The notes beneath the pieces are model-generated. The model was not told where the DNA came from and ran no database searches. It worked only from the letters and a program-made list of their open reading frames with translations. Below, one piece after another: positions 62,668-64,000 of a stretch of DNA of 64,000 nt. Origin of the DNA: Phycisphaerales bacterium (GTDB taxonomy: Bacteria; Planctomycetota; Phycisphaerae; Phycisphaerales; UBA1924); assembly GCA_965227775.1 (NCBI GenBank), contig OZ245777.1, forward strand, positions 736,001 through 800,000, given 5' to 3'. The first letter of the stretch is position 1; every line of letters begins with the position of its first letter. Made by a program: the position numbers and the translations under genes.

Positions 62668-62703
62668 TAGAAAGAGCCCCCAACGTTTGACCGTTGAGGG
62701 CTC
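62668..62703 (-). terminator. rRNA operon terminator
   Basis: GAGCCCTCAACG-loop-CGTTGGGGGCTC-TTTC on the minus strand just after 5S. Confidence 0.75.
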
Positions 62704-62706
62704 AAG

Positions 62707-62812
62707 TACGGCGATGACCTACTTTCCCGCAGTGCAGTATCATCGGCGGCCAGGGCTTAACTGCTGTGTTCGGGATGGGAACAGGTGTCTCCCCTGACCT
62801 ATGGTCGCCGAA
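62707..62812 (-). rRNA. rrf: 5S rRNA (short form)
   Basis: CGGCGACCATAG...CCCATCCCGAACACAGCAGTTAAGC...GCCGATGATACT...GGAAAGTAGGTCATCGCCG; ends approximate. Confidence 0.95.
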
Positions 62813-63031
62813 AATGCTCGAGCAGCCTTTCGGCCGCCCGGCACAAGTCTTGCCTAAGCAAGATCCGGCCGGATCAAACGTCTACTGGCGCCATCAAGGT
62901 GATGGCAGACGAAAGACCGTGTTCTTGGCGAACGACGATATTTCAATTTTCGAGGGTTACTCGAAGCACTCGAGCGAGTGCTGAATTACTGCGATTCTGA
63001 GACGAATCTAAGAATCGCGGCAATGGGTTGG

Positions 63032-64000
<969 letters not shown>

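Overview
High-GC bacterial chromosome segment, most likely Planctomycetota (Phycisphaerales-like). That inference rests on C-terminal dockerin-like 'DFDGDGELTLFDFLAF' modules, prepilin/H-X9-DG proteins, an AroD-AroE fusion, a very long SecA and a short 5S rRNA. It is mostly core genome: HU-like protein, secA, hldE, infA, efp, aroK, icd, tsaC/sua5, aroDE, recO, thiE, three conventional tRNAs and the 3' end of an rRNA operon. Accessory blocks include secreted dockerin/PEP-CTERM proteins after tRNA-Gly, a DUF58-BatA-vWA-prenyltransferase cluster and sbtAB-like genes. No CRISPR array, transposase or integrase was seen. Two features stand out. (1) A ~1.3 kb region without credible protein genes (35570-36890, minus strand) carries a promoter, a possible leader ORF, two atypical tRNAs and a ~640-nt RNA closed by nested long-range helices. 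This RNA contains three tRNA-like modules, one nested inside another, and lies directly upstream of a slipin/SPFH gene. (2) A signal-peptide-bearing ORF ending in LIDLPPP lies just upstream of secA and is a candidate SecM-like secretion-monitoring arrest peptide. All calls come from reading the sequence; no database searches were run, and several start codons are best guesses.
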